Positions 25,561-35,489 of a stretch of 38,300 nucleotides of DNA are shown one piece after another. The stretch spans positions 1 to 38,300 of the forward strand of contig CAZOCN010000001.1 in the NCBI GenBank assembly GCA_964578315.1, in the 5' to 3' direction. The notes under the pieces are model-generated. The model was not told the origin of the DNA and made no database searches. It worked only from the letters and a program-made list of their open reading frames with translations. The stretch's first letter is position 1. Each line of letters opens with the position of its first letter. Origin of the DNA: an uncultured Candidatus Bathyarchaeia archaeon. GTDB taxonomy: Archaea > Thermoproteota > Bathyarchaeia > Bathyarchaeales > CAZOCN01. The position numbers and the translations under genes are program-made.

Positions 25561-26136
25561 ATGCAAGAGACCTCGGAGAAGGATAAGATGCTCCGGCCCA
25601 GTTATAAGCTATGGTTTGAGACTAGAAAGGGCTATGCCTTCGGAAAAGGCACCTTCCGGCTCCTCCAGAAGATTCAGGAGGCAGGTACCTTAAGCGATGC
25701 CGCTAAGGAACTGGGAATGTCCTACCGTTACGCCTGGGGAATAATAAAGAGAACTGAGAAGCGCATAGGGAAAGCCATAGTTAAAACCCATAAGGGCGGT
25801 AAGAGAGGTGGAGGAGCGGAGTTAACTCAAGTGGGAAGAGAATTATTGAATGAATTTTTGAAGTATAAGAGAGTCTTTGACAATGTTTATCTAGACGAAT
25901 CTAGCTGGGAGGGATTACACTTGAAGATAAGTGCTAGAAACAGAATAAGAGGGAGAATAACCTCAATAGAGAAGGGAGACGTCGCGGCTGTGGTTAAGAT
26001 TGAGATAGAAACTCCCTGCACCATAACATCCTTCATCACAAGAGAAGCCGTAGAGGACCTTAATATTAAAGAAGGAGACATAGTAAAAGCTGTAATAAAA
26101 TCTACAGAGGTAATGATCTCCAAAGACAAAGAATAG
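25561..26136 (+). CDS. ModE-like regulator: winged-helix N-domain plus single Mop/TOBE molybdate/tungstate-binding domain
   Basis: The N-terminal sequence FRLLQKIQEAGTLSDAAKELGMSYRYAWGIIK...GGKRGGGAELT is ModE-like. The C-terminal sequence SARNRIRGRITSIEKGDVAAVVKIE is a Mop/TOBE signature. Confidence 0.75.
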   Translation: MQETSEKDKMLRPSYKLWFETRKGYAFGKGTFRLLQKIQEAGTLSDAAKELGMSYRYAWGIIKRTEKRIGKAIVKTHKGGKRGGGAELTQVGRELLNEFLKYKRVFDNVYLDESSWEGLHLKISARNRIRGRITSIEKGDVAAVVKIEIETPCTITSFITREAVEDLNIKEGDIVKAVIKSTEVMISKDKE

Positions 26137-26204
26137 CAAAAGCAGAGAACACTTCTTACGCCTTGGAGAAACATATTAGAGTACAAATAGAGGGGCTATA
26201 CAAG

Positions 26205-26780
26205 CTATCTAACATGAGTAGAAGCGTAATACTGACTCACCGCCTTCGCCAAGATATAGCCGAGAGGCACCGTGTATAATGCGATAGTAGCGTTGAAAAA
26301 ACCTATAATTGGGAGCATAGCGATCAAGGCTTCTGAGGGCAGACTATACCCAATTGGAGGAGGATACCTAAGGAAGACCCAGTTCACAAAGGACATGACA
26401 GCCACCCTCAACACGACACCAAGTAAGGTGGAGGCGGTGACAGCGATAGTTACCTTCCGCCTATTAGAACCTTCAGACAGGACCCTTTCTATGATGTAGA
26501 TACCGAGGAGCATACTTAAAATCGCCGCTAAATTATAGAAGGGACCTGTGGGCAGACCCCCAGGGAACATAACTAACAGAAAGAGAGTGTTTACTACCGC
26601 TACTGCAACTCCTACCGCAGAACCATATAACAAGAATGCAGTGACTATTGGTATCTCCCAAATTTGATAGATAAGAAAAGGCGCATAGGGAGCTGGAATC
26701 CTAATCGGTGACAAGTTAAGAGCGATTGTAAGGGCAGCGAAGACAACTATAGCAGCGATTCTTTTAGAGTCCACTTCCAC
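26205..26780 (-). CDS. ECF-transporter S-component-like membrane protein (tentative)
   Basis: It is 191 aa with about 6 helices. The pattern RIAAIVVFAALTIALN...IWEIPIVTAFLLYG is typical of S components. The substrate is unknown. Confidence 0.5.
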   Translation of the reverse strand: MEVDSKRIAAIVVFAALTIALNLSPIRIPAPYAPFLIYQIWEIPIVTAFLLYGSAVGVAVAVVNTLFLLVMFPGGLPTGPFYNLAAILSMLLGIYIIERVLSEGSNRRKVTIAVTASTLLGVVLRVAVMSFVNWVFLRYPPPIGYSLPSEALIAMLPIIGFFNATIALYTVPLGYILAKAVSQYYASTHVR

Positions 26781-26991
26781 TCCTCCATTGTCTACAGTAT
26801 TAGCGGCAACTTCATCACAATAACTATTTAAGAGTAGCTACTCAAAAAAGAGTGAAGTTTCCTGGAGAAGACCTTGCGAGGAGCTAGAGAACCCTTTTTC
26901 CACAGCTGATCCAAGATGAAAAGTTGTGTTATGCTAGTATAGTCTCCGATGATCTAAAACTTAAAGAGAAGGTCTCCTCTATTAGCGTTTA

Positions 26992-27438
26992 TTGGGGGGA
27001 ACTCTGATCTCCAAAGAAGAGTTTGAAAGCCTGGGAAGAAAGAAAGAGAACTTAGTGAGACTATATAAACTCGAGAGAATATCAGAAGAAGCCTTCAACT
27101 ACTTAATGAAAGTTATCGAAGAGAGACTAAAGGAGGTCTCAACGAAAAAATACGATGAAACACAGATTGAAGTTGAACCTAGCCGTGGATTCCATTTCTA
27201 CGAAGAGTACGGAAAACCCACAGAACTGATAGCTACAAGCCTAGAAGATTTCATCCAGAAACTCCAAAAGGCTTCTCTAACATCCATAGGATTCCATCAT
27301 AAACGCGGAGATTTTATAAAATGGATATCTCAGGTATTGAAAAGACCAGAGTTAGCCCGTTCTATAGCAGAATTGGAGGTTTCAGGTGAGAAGTTAAGGA
27401 TCGAGATCATAGAAACCTTAAGAAAAGCTCTGCAGTAG
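26992..27438 (+). CDS. Hypothetical cytosolic protein (C-terminal half possibly DUF5752-like)
   Basis: It is a 148 aa ORF with coding-like composition. The block GFHFYEEYGKPT...SLEDFIQKL...IGFHHKRGDFIKWI resembles a family I only vaguely recall. The product call is low-confidence. Confidence 0.45.
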   Translation: MGGTLISKEEFESLGRKKENLVRLYKLERISEEAFNYLMKVIEERLKEVSTKKYDETQIEVEPSRGFHFYEEYGKPTELIATSLEDFIQKLQKASLTSIGFHHKRGDFIKWISQVLKRPELARSIAELEVSGEKLRIEIIETLRKALQ

Positions 27439-27446
27439 GAGACTTT

Positions 27447-28826
27447 TTACAGGTAGATGTATTTTTTGAGCTCCCAAGGAGTTACTTGAAGCTTGTATTC
27501 ATCCCACTCCTTCGTCTTGGCTTCAATGAACTTCCTCGTGGTAAAGGAACCCAAAGTAGCCTTTAGAACTTCATTCTTCTTCAGTTCCTCAATAGCCTCC
27601 TCAAGAGATGACGGCAGAGTCTCAATGTAGAATTTAGCCAACTTGCTATCGTCAAACTCATAGACGTCCTCCTCCACCGGATCAGGAGGCTCCATCTTCC
27701 TATTTATCCCATCTAACCCAGCCATAGCCATGGCTGCAAAGGCCAGATAGGGATTACAAGAAGGGTCTGGACACCTCAACTCCGCTCTCATGGCACCGGA
27801 TTTCCCAGGGAAGTACTCTGGAACCCTGATAAGTGCGGATCTATTTCTCCTTCCCCAGCAGATATACACTGGTGCCTCATAACCGGGAACTAGACGTTTA
27901 TAAGAGTTTACTGTTGGAGCTACGATTGCAGATAAGGCGCGAGAATGCTTCAGTTGACCGGCGATGAAGTAGTAGGCTTTGTCAGAGAGGTTATATTTGT
28001 CCTTCGGATCAAAGAAGGCGTTAGTACCGGATTTTATGTCGTAGAGACTTTGGTGAACGTGCATCCCTGACCCATTCATCCCATAGAAGGGTTTAGGCAT
28101 GAAAGTAGCAAATAAACCGTACCTGAGAGCCACCGCTTTAACAGCATTCTTGTAGGTTATCACATTATCCGCCGTTGTAAGGGCATCAGCGAACTCAAAG
28201 TCTATCTCATGTTGACCTGGAGCCACTTCATGATGGCTCATCTCTATCTTAAGACCCATCTCCTGCAGAGTCAATGTGACATCTCTCCTGAAACTAGAGG
28301 CTCTATCTAAGGGAGAGAAATCGAAGTAACCACCCACATCATGAGGCGTATGCTTTATTAGAGGTTCCTCATCCGTTTTTAAGAGGAAGAACTCCAGTTC
28401 AGGCCCAGTATTAAAGACAAGACCTATCTTCTCAAACTCTTTCAGGGCTCTTTTGAGTATGTACCTAGGGTCTCCTTCGAAGGGGCTACCCCCAGGCTTA
28501 AGTATATCGCATATTATCCTAGCTTCCTTCTTATCCTCTTGACTCCAGGGCACTACACTGAAAGTTGAGGGGTCAGGCATAGCCAGTAAGTCACTTTCAT
28601 ATATTCTAACGAATCCTTCTATGGAGGAACCATCGAAGCCTACCCCGTTATCTAGAGCTTCTTCCAATCTCTCTGGAGGAATACTCAGACTCTTCGCAAC
28701 GCCGAGAATGTCCACAAACTGTAAGATAATGGATTTCACACCTAACTTTTTACATTTCTCAATAACTTTACACTTCAATTCTTCTATAGACCTTGAACCG
28801 GAAGAGGCCATAAACAAATTCTCCAA
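27447..28826 (-). CDS. glnA: Glutamine synthetase, type I
   Basis: The diagnostic glutamine synthetase blocks are present: MSHHEVAPGQHEIDF, KPFYGMNGSGMHVHQSL and NRSALIRVP. Confidence 0.95.
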   Translation of the reverse strand: MENLFMASSGSRSIEELKCKVIEKCKKLGVKSIILQFVDILGVAKSLSIPPERLEEALDNGVGFDGSSIEGFVRIYESDLLAMPDPSTFSVVPWSQEDKKEARIICDILKPGGSPFEGDPRYILKRALKEFEKIGLVFNTGPELEFFLLKTDEEPLIKHTPHDVGGYFDFSPLDRASSFRRDVTLTLQEMGLKIEMSHHEVAPGQHEIDFEFADALTTADNVITYKNAVKAVALRYGLFATFMPKPFYGMNGSGMHVHQSLYDIKSGTNAFFDPKDKYNLSDKAYYFIAGQLKHSRALSAIVAPTVNSYKRLVPGYEAPVYICWGRRNRSALIRVPEYFPGKSGAMRAELRCPDPSCNPYLAFAAMAMAGLDGINRKMEPPDPVEEDVYEFDDSKLAKFYIETLPSSLEEAIEELKKNEVLKATLGSFTTRKFIEAKTKEWDEYKLQVTPWELKKYIYL

Positions 28827-28925
28827 TCCAGTTTTCAGAGATATGGATTTAGTTAACTAATATAAAAGTTATGGATTAAAAAACAAACGTTTGACGATTT
28901 ATAATAACTTACATTAGACGAATGT

Positions 28926-30116
28926 TTAGAGAAGTTCTTCCACGTTCTCTTTTATCTTAAGAATGGCATCAGCAACGTCATCCATATCCTCTCTAGTTCC
29001 AAGGAGAATATTCTGTTTAAGCCAGACAGCTTCCTCTTCACAGGCCTTCTCAGTGACAGGCAAAGACGTCTCAGTTCGCAAGTATTCTTGAATGAAGGAC
29101 ATCTTGTTTAAGGGTCGGTAGCCTTGACTACAAGGGATACCTTCGGCCCTCAGGGCTTCGATAAAGCGTTCTCTTGTAAGACCCTTGAAACTTTCTGAGT
29201 TAAAACGGAAGATGTAAAGGTGATAAGAATGTACTGTGACACGGGGGTCCCTCTTTAAAGGCTGAATACCCTCTATTTCAGACAGCCTCTTAGTTAGGTA
29301 TTCAGCATTTGCATTTCTAATCGCTGTCTGCTCTTCTAGGCGCCCCATCTGAGCTAGAAGTACAGCTGCTTGGAACTCAGTCATCCTGTAATTACTACCA
29401 AGTAAGCGATGTTCATACCATTCTCCATCCTTCACGCGCCCAGAATTATGAATAGACCAGCACCTATAGTAAAGCTCCTTATCATTAGTAAGAATAATTC
29501 CTCCCTCACCACAAGTGATGTTTTTACTAGACTGAAAGCTGAAGGCTCCTAAGTCGCCTATTGCGCCTACTCCCCGTCCTTTCCATCGTGTACCATGAGC
29601 CTGGCAGGCATCTTCAATCACCATTAACCCATACTCCTCAGCTATCTCAGTTATGCGATCCATATCAGCTGGATGCCCAGCTACATGAACCGGCAGAATA
29701 ACACGGGTCCTCCCGGTAATCTTCTTCTCTATCTCTTCTGGATCGATACAGTAGGTTTCTGGGTCTATATCAACGAAAACTGGAGTGGCGTTCAAGTAGA
29801 TAATCGAAGAAGCCGTGGCTACGAAAGTATAGGCGGGTAGGATAACTTCGTCACCAGCGCCTACGCCGGTTGCACGGAGCGCGGTCTCCAGAGCCACTGT
29901 TCCATTCATGGTGGCAACGCCATACTTCGCGTCTTGATAGGCAGAGAAACGCTTCTCAAAGACCTCCTTATTTTTCCCGCCTACACCCCATACACCACTG
30001 TAGAGTACCTCTTTGAGAGCTTCGATCTCTTCCTCCCCATAAACGGGCCAAGAAGGGAAAGGTTTCTTTCTTAGGGGACTACCCCCCTTCAACGCAAGTT
30101 CCTTCAAAGTCCTCAC
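28926..30116 (-). CDS. DegT/DnrJ/EryC1/StrS-family PLP-dependent sugar aminotransferase
   Basis: The blocks MNGTVALETAL, DEVILPAYTFVAT, EDACQAHG and the PLP-Lys context FSFQSSKNITCGEGG are present. Confidence 0.85.
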   Translation of the reverse strand: MRTLKELALKGGSPLRKKPFPSWPVYGEEEIEALKEVLYSGVWGVGGKNKEVFEKRFSAYQDAKYGVATMNGTVALETALRATGVGAGDEVILPAYTFVATASSIIYLNATPVFVDIDPETYCIDPEEIEKKITGRTRVILPVHVAGHPADMDRITEIAEEYGLMVIEDACQAHGTRWKGRGVGAIGDLGAFSFQSSKNITCGEGGIILTNDKELYYRCWSIHNSGRVKDGEWYEHRLLGSNYRMTEFQAAVLLAQMGRLEEQTAIRNANAEYLTKRLSEIEGIQPLKRDPRVTVHSYHLYIFRFNSESFKGLTRERFIEALRAEGIPCSQGYRPLNKMSFIQEYLRTETSLPVTEKACEEEAVWLKQNILLGTREDMDDVADAILKIKENVEELL

Positions 30117-30219
30117 TACATAAACAATTTAACGCTTAAAGTAATAAAAGATGATGGGACTCTAAAAGGGATTAGGTTTAAACTCTTTAAGTATAAGTTT
30201 CAGGGCTAAGGTCTTTGAT

Positions 30220-32223
30220 TTGAGGTTGGATAGGCAAAAACTAGAGCTTATAAAACGAGTATTCCCTTACCCAGATTTTAGACCGCACCAAGAAGAGGCG
30301 ATAGACTTCACGTATAATGTTATAGTAAACCGGAAGGTTGGGTTATTGTCTTCGCCTTGTGGAACGGGGAAGTCTATCTCCGTTTTAACGGCCTACTTTA
30401 TGGCTAGGGAAGAGGTAGGAGGTAAACTTCTAGCCCTTACAAGGACGCGTAGTCAGCTGGAGATCTACGCGAGAGAGCTCAGAGCCATCCGCGAGAACTC
30501 TGATATCAACTTCGTCGCTTCCATATTCAGAAGTAAAAGGGATATGTGTCCTCTAGTGAAAAAAAGACGTGAAATACAAAGTTTAAGCTACCGAGACTTC
30601 CTTCATTACTGTAACAACTTAAAAGAGGGAAAATCGGGAGAGATCTGTGAGTTCTTCGGTCAGACCTACCATAAATGGATGCCTACTCAACGGACGCAGA
30701 AGGTAATATGGGAAGTAAAGAGAGTAGGCCCCTTAATGCCGGAGGAGGTCTTTCAGCTGTGCGAAGAGAGAGGTCTCTGCCCCTATGAAGTTACTAAAAT
30801 ACTGGCTGGAGGCTCTGACGTAATAGTTGGAAATTATAATTATATGCTCGTTGACCCCGTTAGGGAAGCCCTTCTAAGGAAGACGAAAACACAACTCAAT
30901 AAGTTAAACTGTGTCTTTGATGAGGCTCATTCTCTTCCAGATTATGCCGTGAATCTACTATCCAATGAACTATCCACCATCTCGATAACGCGGGCTATGA
31001 AGGAGGCGGAGGAATACGGAATAGATGACGGAGGAGTACTCGAAGCAGCGTACGGTTTCATACAATCTGAGGGGGAGAGGACCTACAGAAGGCTTGGTCT
31101 AGACAGTGAAGGCATAATCGAAAAAGAGAGGTTATCGGAGGCCTTTAGAGAGAGCACCGGGTTAAGTTTAGGAGAAATCGCTGAGCTAGTCTCAGAACTT
31201 TATGAAGAAGGGGAACTTATACGTCGGAGGAGAATAGAAAGAGGAGAGAGCCCCCTCTCCTACGTTGCTAGGAGCGCCGAATTCTTCTCTACGTGGATGG
31301 AAGCCTCAAGTCCAAGGTATACTTTCTACGCGAAGGCTCTTCCAGGAAGAGGCGGAAGCGTTTACTTCAGGATAGGCATCAAATGTCTTGACCCAGCTAT
31401 GGCTGCAGGAGTCATCAACGAGTTAAGGTCCGTAATTCTTATGTCCGGAACCTTAGGGAACCCTGATTATTACGTGGATATTCTCCGAATACCGCGGAGC
31501 CGTGCCGTATACATAGAGCTGCCTAGTCCGATCCCAAAAGAAAATAGATTGATTCTCGTCGACACGGCGGTTACGACGAGGTTTGAAAGCCGCAATGAAG
31601 AGATGTGGAGAAAGATAGCGGAGCGCATTGACAAATTAGTAGGGACAGTGAAAGGGAGGACAGCCGTTTATTTTCCATCTTATGAAATTATGGAGAAAGT
31701 CATAAGCCAAATGGAGCCGCCCTGTCCACTTATGGTTGAGGATAGGAATACGAAGGTAACTGATCTATTTGATTTCCTACGGAAAAATGAATACTCTGTC
31801 TTCTTTGGCGTAGCTAGGGGGAAGGCTAGTGAGGGCGTAGATATGTCCATGAATGGATCCACGATGCTCTCCATGGTGATAATCGTCGGATTGCCATATC
31901 CGAAGAAGACAGAGCTCCAACAGGCCCTACTTGAGTATTACAAGGAAAGGTTCGGGAGGAAGGCTCATGAGTACGCTAATGAAGTTCCATGCTTGAACGC
32001 CGTAACCCAAGCGGCTGGAAGATTACTGAGGAGCCCCGAGGATAGAGGAGTGATAGTGCTTATGGATAAGAGAGTTACAGGCAGATTTAAGTATAGACTC
32101 CCTAGAGATTGGAGGAAGGGAATAGAAGCTTACAGAGATATTGACAGAATAATCGAAAGGATCGAAAGTTTCTTTAAGACTGCTTCGCTTGACCGCTCCA
32201 ACGTTGCACCGCATTCAATTTGA
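30220..32223 (+). CDS. xpd: XPD/Rad3-family 5'-3' DNA helicase with FeS domain
   Basis: It has Walker A (SPCGTGKS) and the DEAH box (VFDEAHSL). Four Cys lie in the Arch/FeS insert (DMCP, HYCN, EICEF, GLCPYE). The C-terminal helicase motifs are VARGKASEGVD and QAAGRLLR. Confidence 0.9.
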   Translation: MRLDRQKLELIKRVFPYPDFRPHQEEAIDFTYNVIVNRKVGLLSSPCGTGKSISVLTAYFMAREEVGGKLLALTRTRSQLEIYARELRAIRENSDINFVASIFRSKRDMCPLVKKRREIQSLSYRDFLHYCNNLKEGKSGEICEFFGQTYHKWMPTQRTQKVIWEVKRVGPLMPEEVFQLCEERGLCPYEVTKILAGGSDVIVGNYNYMLVDPVREALLRKTKTQLNKLNCVFDEAHSLPDYAVNLLSNELSTISITRAMKEAEEYGIDDGGVLEAAYGFIQSEGERTYRRLGLDSEGIIEKERLSEAFRESTGLSLGEIAELVSELYEEGELIRRRRIERGESPLSYVARSAEFFSTWMEASSPRYTFYAKALPGRGGSVYFRIGIKCLDPAMAAGVINELRSVILMSGTLGNPDYYVDILRIPRSRAVYIELPSPIPKENRLILVDTAVTTRFESRNEEMWRKIAERIDKLVGTVKGRTAVYFPSYEIMEKVISQMEPPCPLMVEDRNTKVTDLFDFLRKNEYSVFFGVARGKASEGVDMSMNGSTMLSMVIIVGLPYPKKTELQQALLEYYKERFGRKAHEYANEVPCLNAVTQAAGRLLRSPEDRGVIVLMDKRVTGRFKYRLPRDWRKGIEAYRDIDRIIERIESFFKTASLDRSNVAPHSI

Positions 32224-32228
32224 GCGCG

Positions 32229-32238
32229 TTTATTTTTT
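32229..32238 (+). terminator. Oligo-T archaeal terminator candidate after xpd
   Basis: TTTATTTTTT begins 6 nt after the xpd stop. Confidence 0.45.
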
Positions 32239-32321
32239 AATCTACTTCTTGAAATAATCGAGGCTTCATCCTTACACAATTCTTAATAGCTCAGCCTTTA
32301 GATTCATTGGAAAGGAGATGA

Positions 32322-32849
32322 ATGAAAGTGACGGAGCAGATTTGGATCGCTAGAGATTATCTACGTTGTAGCGGCTGTCGATTATGCGAAATCGTTTGCT
32401 CCTTAAGCCACGAAGGAGCCATCTGGCCTGAAGCTTCTAGAATAAGAGTTTTCATGCTGGTTCCTGGTGCCGAAGTACCCCATTTATGTGCACAGTGTGA
32501 CGATTATCCATGTGTGGCTTCCTGCCCCTCCGAAGCACTTTCAGTCGATAAGAAGACCGGAGCCGTAATCGTTGACGACGAGAAATGCACAGGCTGTGAG
32601 GCTTGTATAACCGCTTGTCCAGGGGAGATTCCACATATGCATCCAACTGAAGAGAGGATCTTGATCTGTGACCTTTGTGGAGGTGACCCTCAGTGTACAA
32701 AAGCCTGCGCTTCAGTGAGGTGTTACGCGATCTGGCTCTCCAAGGAAGAGAAGGATGTAAACCATAAGTTATTCGCTAAAACGCCTGAAGAGATAACCGG
32801 GAGTCTAGTTCTCAATCTTTTTGGTGAAGAGGGGGAGAAGATGCTATGA
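32322..32849 (+). CDS. Poly-[4Fe-4S] ferredoxin-domain protein (DmsB-like electron-transfer subunit)
   Basis: It has four Cys clusters: CSGCRLCEIVC, CAQCDDYPCVASCP, CTGCEACITACP and CDLCGGDPQCTKAC. Its stop overlaps the AOR start (ATGA). Confidence 0.85.
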   Translation: MKVTEQIWIARDYLRCSGCRLCEIVCSLSHEGAIWPEASRIRVFMLVPGAEVPHLCAQCDDYPCVASCPSEALSVDKKTGAVIVDDEKCTGCEACITACPGEIPHMHPTEERILICDLCGGDPQCTKACASVRCYAIWLSKEEKDVNHKLFAKTPEEITGSLVLNLFGEEGEKML

Positions 32850-34705
32850 AGAAGCCTGGAGGATACGCGGGGAAGTTTCTCGAAGTAGACTTGGATAGAG
32901 AGAAGATACGTGATGTAAACTTTGACGAAGAAACTTTGAGGAACTATGTTGGTGGACGAGGGCTCTCCGCCAAGATTCTCTGGGATCGATTAGGGAGTAA
33001 ATGGGAATCCGTTGATCCGCTGGGTCCAGAGAATATTTTCTTGGCGATGGTAGGACCTCTGACTGGGTTCTACCCCGGGGCTAGAGTATGCGTATCGGGT
33101 AAGAGCCCTCAAAGTAACGGGATAATCGGTTCTACGACCAGTGGAGAGTTCCCCTCCGAACTGAAGTGCTCAGGATACGATGGGGTTATAGTTACTGGTA
33201 GAGCGAAAAGCCCCGTCTATATACTAGTCACAGACGATACAGGTGAAATAAGAGAGGCTTCCCATATATGGGGCAAAAATGGAAGAGAGACCCTTCTTAC
33301 TATAAACAGAGAAGTTAGATCGGAACTGAGTAAGAGGAAACCTAGCTTTGGGAAGATAAGGGAGCCAGGGAGTATTTACATTGGGCCGGCTGGAGAAAAT
33401 ATGGTTCGTATGGCTTGTGTGATGCAGAAGGGGTCTCACGCGGGAGGATACGGCGGTTACGGCGCAGTCATGGGCTCTAAAAACTTGAAAGCTATAGTCG
33501 CCAAGGGCTTCAAACCTCTACCCGAAGTCGCCGATATGAAGAAGATGCTGGAGCTTAGGAGACAAGTGATAGATAAACTACTCACTTATGATTCGATGCG
33601 TCGTTGGGGAACGGGAGAAGGAGGCTATTCTGTTGGAGCAAAGTATAGTTCAGAGCCTATTAGGAACTGGCAGGAAGAGTGGCATGACGAGAGGTCTATA
33701 GGAGTACCAGATTTTGACGTTAGGTACTGGGTTAAACGTTACTGGAGCGATTTTGGATGCCCACTCACATGTATGAAACTCGCAGTAATCAAAACGGGAC
33801 CCTACAAGGGGGACATAACAGATATGCCCGACTATGAAATGCAGGCATATCTCGGACCGAACCTCGGAATCTTCAAGGCCGAAGGAGTCACCCATCTCTC
33901 TGCCTTATGTGACTCTTTAGGCGTTTGCGGAATACAAGGAGGAAACATCTTAGGCTTTACAGCTGAACTATATCAACGGGGAATCTTGACAAAAAAGGAT
34001 CTAGGATTGGAGTTGAACTGGGGAGATTCAGAAGCATTCACTGAATTACTGTATAAGATTGTAAGACGTGAAGGGATAGGCGACGTCCTAGCGGAGGGAA
34101 CCTATAGAGCTGCTCGAAGGATCACTGAGATTAAGGGAGTGAATGTTATGCCTTACGCTGTTCAAGTGAAGGGAGTTGCCTTGGGAGCTCACGGAACTAG
34201 AAGCGGCTTGGACTTCCAGCCCATAGCTTATGCTTGTAACGTGCAGTCAGGAGACCACACCTCTGAAACGAAGGATGCCTACGATGACATGAACATGGTA
34301 TTCGCCGATTCTGCAGTCTTCTGTAGCATGAACGGGTGGCGTGTCGGTTATGATCTAGTATGGGAATTCACAAGGGCTGTGACAGGCTGGTCTACAACCC
34401 GGCATGAATGGAATACGATCCACGCAAGAAGAATCATGCATATCCAAAGAGCAGCTTTACTCCTCGGCGGCCCCGACGCTTACTGGAACCCAGAAGTCGA
34501 CGATGATAATCCGCCGAGATTCTATGAGCCGCTCCCATCTGGACCCTATGCTGGAAGAACTACGGATAGAGAAGAAGTTGAACGTATGAAGAAGAAGTTC
34601 TATGAAGTCATAGGATGGGATGAGAAGGGAATCCCAAAGAGCGAGGTCCTTAAGGAGTTAGGGCTTGAGAGCGTAGATAGGGCACTTGAAAAGTTGAGGA
34701 AATAA
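32846..34705 (+). CDS. aor: Aldehyde:ferredoxin oxidoreductase family tungstopterin enzyme
   Basis: The AOR family blocks are present: YVGGRGLSAKILWD, SGKSPQS, PDYEMQAYLGPNLG, the CPLTC cluster region, QVKGVALGAHG and DSAVFCSM. Confidence 0.9.
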   Translation: MKKPGGYAGKFLEVDLDREKIRDVNFDEETLRNYVGGRGLSAKILWDRLGSKWESVDPLGPENIFLAMVGPLTGFYPGARVCVSGKSPQSNGIIGSTTSGEFPSELKCSGYDGVIVTGRAKSPVYILVTDDTGEIREASHIWGKNGRETLLTINREVRSELSKRKPSFGKIREPGSIYIGPAGENMVRMACVMQKGSHAGGYGGYGAVMGSKNLKAIVAKGFKPLPEVADMKKMLELRRQVIDKLLTYDSMRRWGTGEGGYSVGAKYSSEPIRNWQEEWHDERSIGVPDFDVRYWVKRYWSDFGCPLTCMKLAVIKTGPYKGDITDMPDYEMQAYLGPNLGIFKAEGVTHLSALCDSLGVCGIQGGNILGFTAELYQRGILTKKDLGLELNWGDSEAFTELLYKIVRREGIGDVLAEGTYRAARRITEIKGVNVMPYAVQVKGVALGAHGTRSGLDFQPIAYACNVQSGDHTSETKDAYDDMNMVFADSAVFCSMNGWRVGYDLVWEFTRAVTGWSTTRHEWNTIHARRIMHIQRAALLLGGPDAYWNPEVDDDNPPRFYEPLPSGPYAGRTTDREEVERMKKKFYEVIGWDEKGIPKSEVLKELGLESVDRALEKLRK

Positions 34706-34716
34706 TCATCCCTATC

Positions 34717-34723
34717 TTTTTTT
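34717..34723 (+). terminator. Oligo-T terminator candidate after the ferredoxin-AOR operon
   Basis: A T7 run begins 12 nt after the AOR stop. Confidence 0.45.
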
Positions 34724-34741
34724 GGGTATTAACGAGGCTTC

Positions 34742-35383
34742 TTAGAGAACATCATACAGTTTAGTCTGTCTCTCTAGAGAGCTGGACGGGACCTCTTTTA
34801 TCGCTTTCACTTCTCCCCTCATTAAGGACCTCAGTCTCTCCATATCTTCAAATAACATCGGTTTTAGATTGAAGTTATAGAGAGCCGCTGCTGGATGATA
34901 GAGTGGCATATAAAGTCTATTTCCCTTCCTATAAGCTTCCCCATGAGCTTCACCTACGGATATCTCCTTGGAAAGTAAAGTTTTGATAGCTGAGTTCCCC
35001 AAGAGACAGATCACTTTTGGATCGATAAGGTCTATCTGCCTGTTAAGATAAGGACGACAAGCGGCGATCTCACTTACTCTCGGAGGCCTATTTCTTGGTG
35101 GGCGACACTTTACAACATTTGTAATGAACACCTTAGTCCTGTTCAGCCCAATAGATTCTAAAAGGCTATTCAAGAGTTTACCTGCAGCGCCAACGAAGGG
35201 TCTACCTTGTCTATCCTCCTCAACCCCAGGCGCTTCACCTACGAACATAACCTCCGCCTTGAGCGATCCTTCCCCAGGAACAGGGTTCCTTCTATTTCCA
35301 GCTAATCCACACTTAGTACAGTTCAGAATCTCCCGGCGTAAAGTTTCCATCTCTTCCTCTACGTTAACCCTCAATTCCTTCAC
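34742..35383 (-). CDS. udg: Family 4 uracil-DNA glycosylase (FeS type)
   Basis: The motifs [39 protein letters not shown] and LYHPAAALY are present. Confidence 0.9.
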   Translation of the reverse strand: MKELRVNVEEEMETLRREILNCTKCGLAGNRRNPVPGEGSLKAEVMFVGEAPGVEEDRQGRPFVGAAGKLLNSLLESIGLNRTKVFITNVVKCRPPRNRPPRVSEIAACRPYLNRQIDLIDPKVICLLGNSAIKTLLSKEISVGEAHGEAYRKGNRLYMPLYHPAAALYNFNLKPMLFEDMERLRSLMRGEVKAIKEVPSSSLERQTKLYDVL

Positions 35384-35489
35384 AACAGTTTTAATCTCAG
35401 CTCTAACATTAACACTTATTCACATACCCCTAAACAGAAAAAATACTTTACCATGGAACCTACAAAGGAAGATAAAGGAGGCGTACACC

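Noticed and set aside
26781-26991. A possible riboswitch (e.g. TPP) in the 211-nt leader region upstream of the S-component-like gene, and a C/D-like GATGAT...CTGA pair at 26949..27006.
   Set aside because: I could not find the conserved CTGAGA / ACCTGATCTGGATAATGCCAGC-type cores. The CTGA lies inside the next CDS, the box sequences are imperfect, and there is no terminal stem.
35124-35489. The 5' third of track ORF 35124..36137.
   Set aside because: This part is antisense to the uracil-DNA glycosylase gene and has no phosphoesterase homology. The conserved metallophosphoesterase sequence begins at the SD-preceded TTG 35490.
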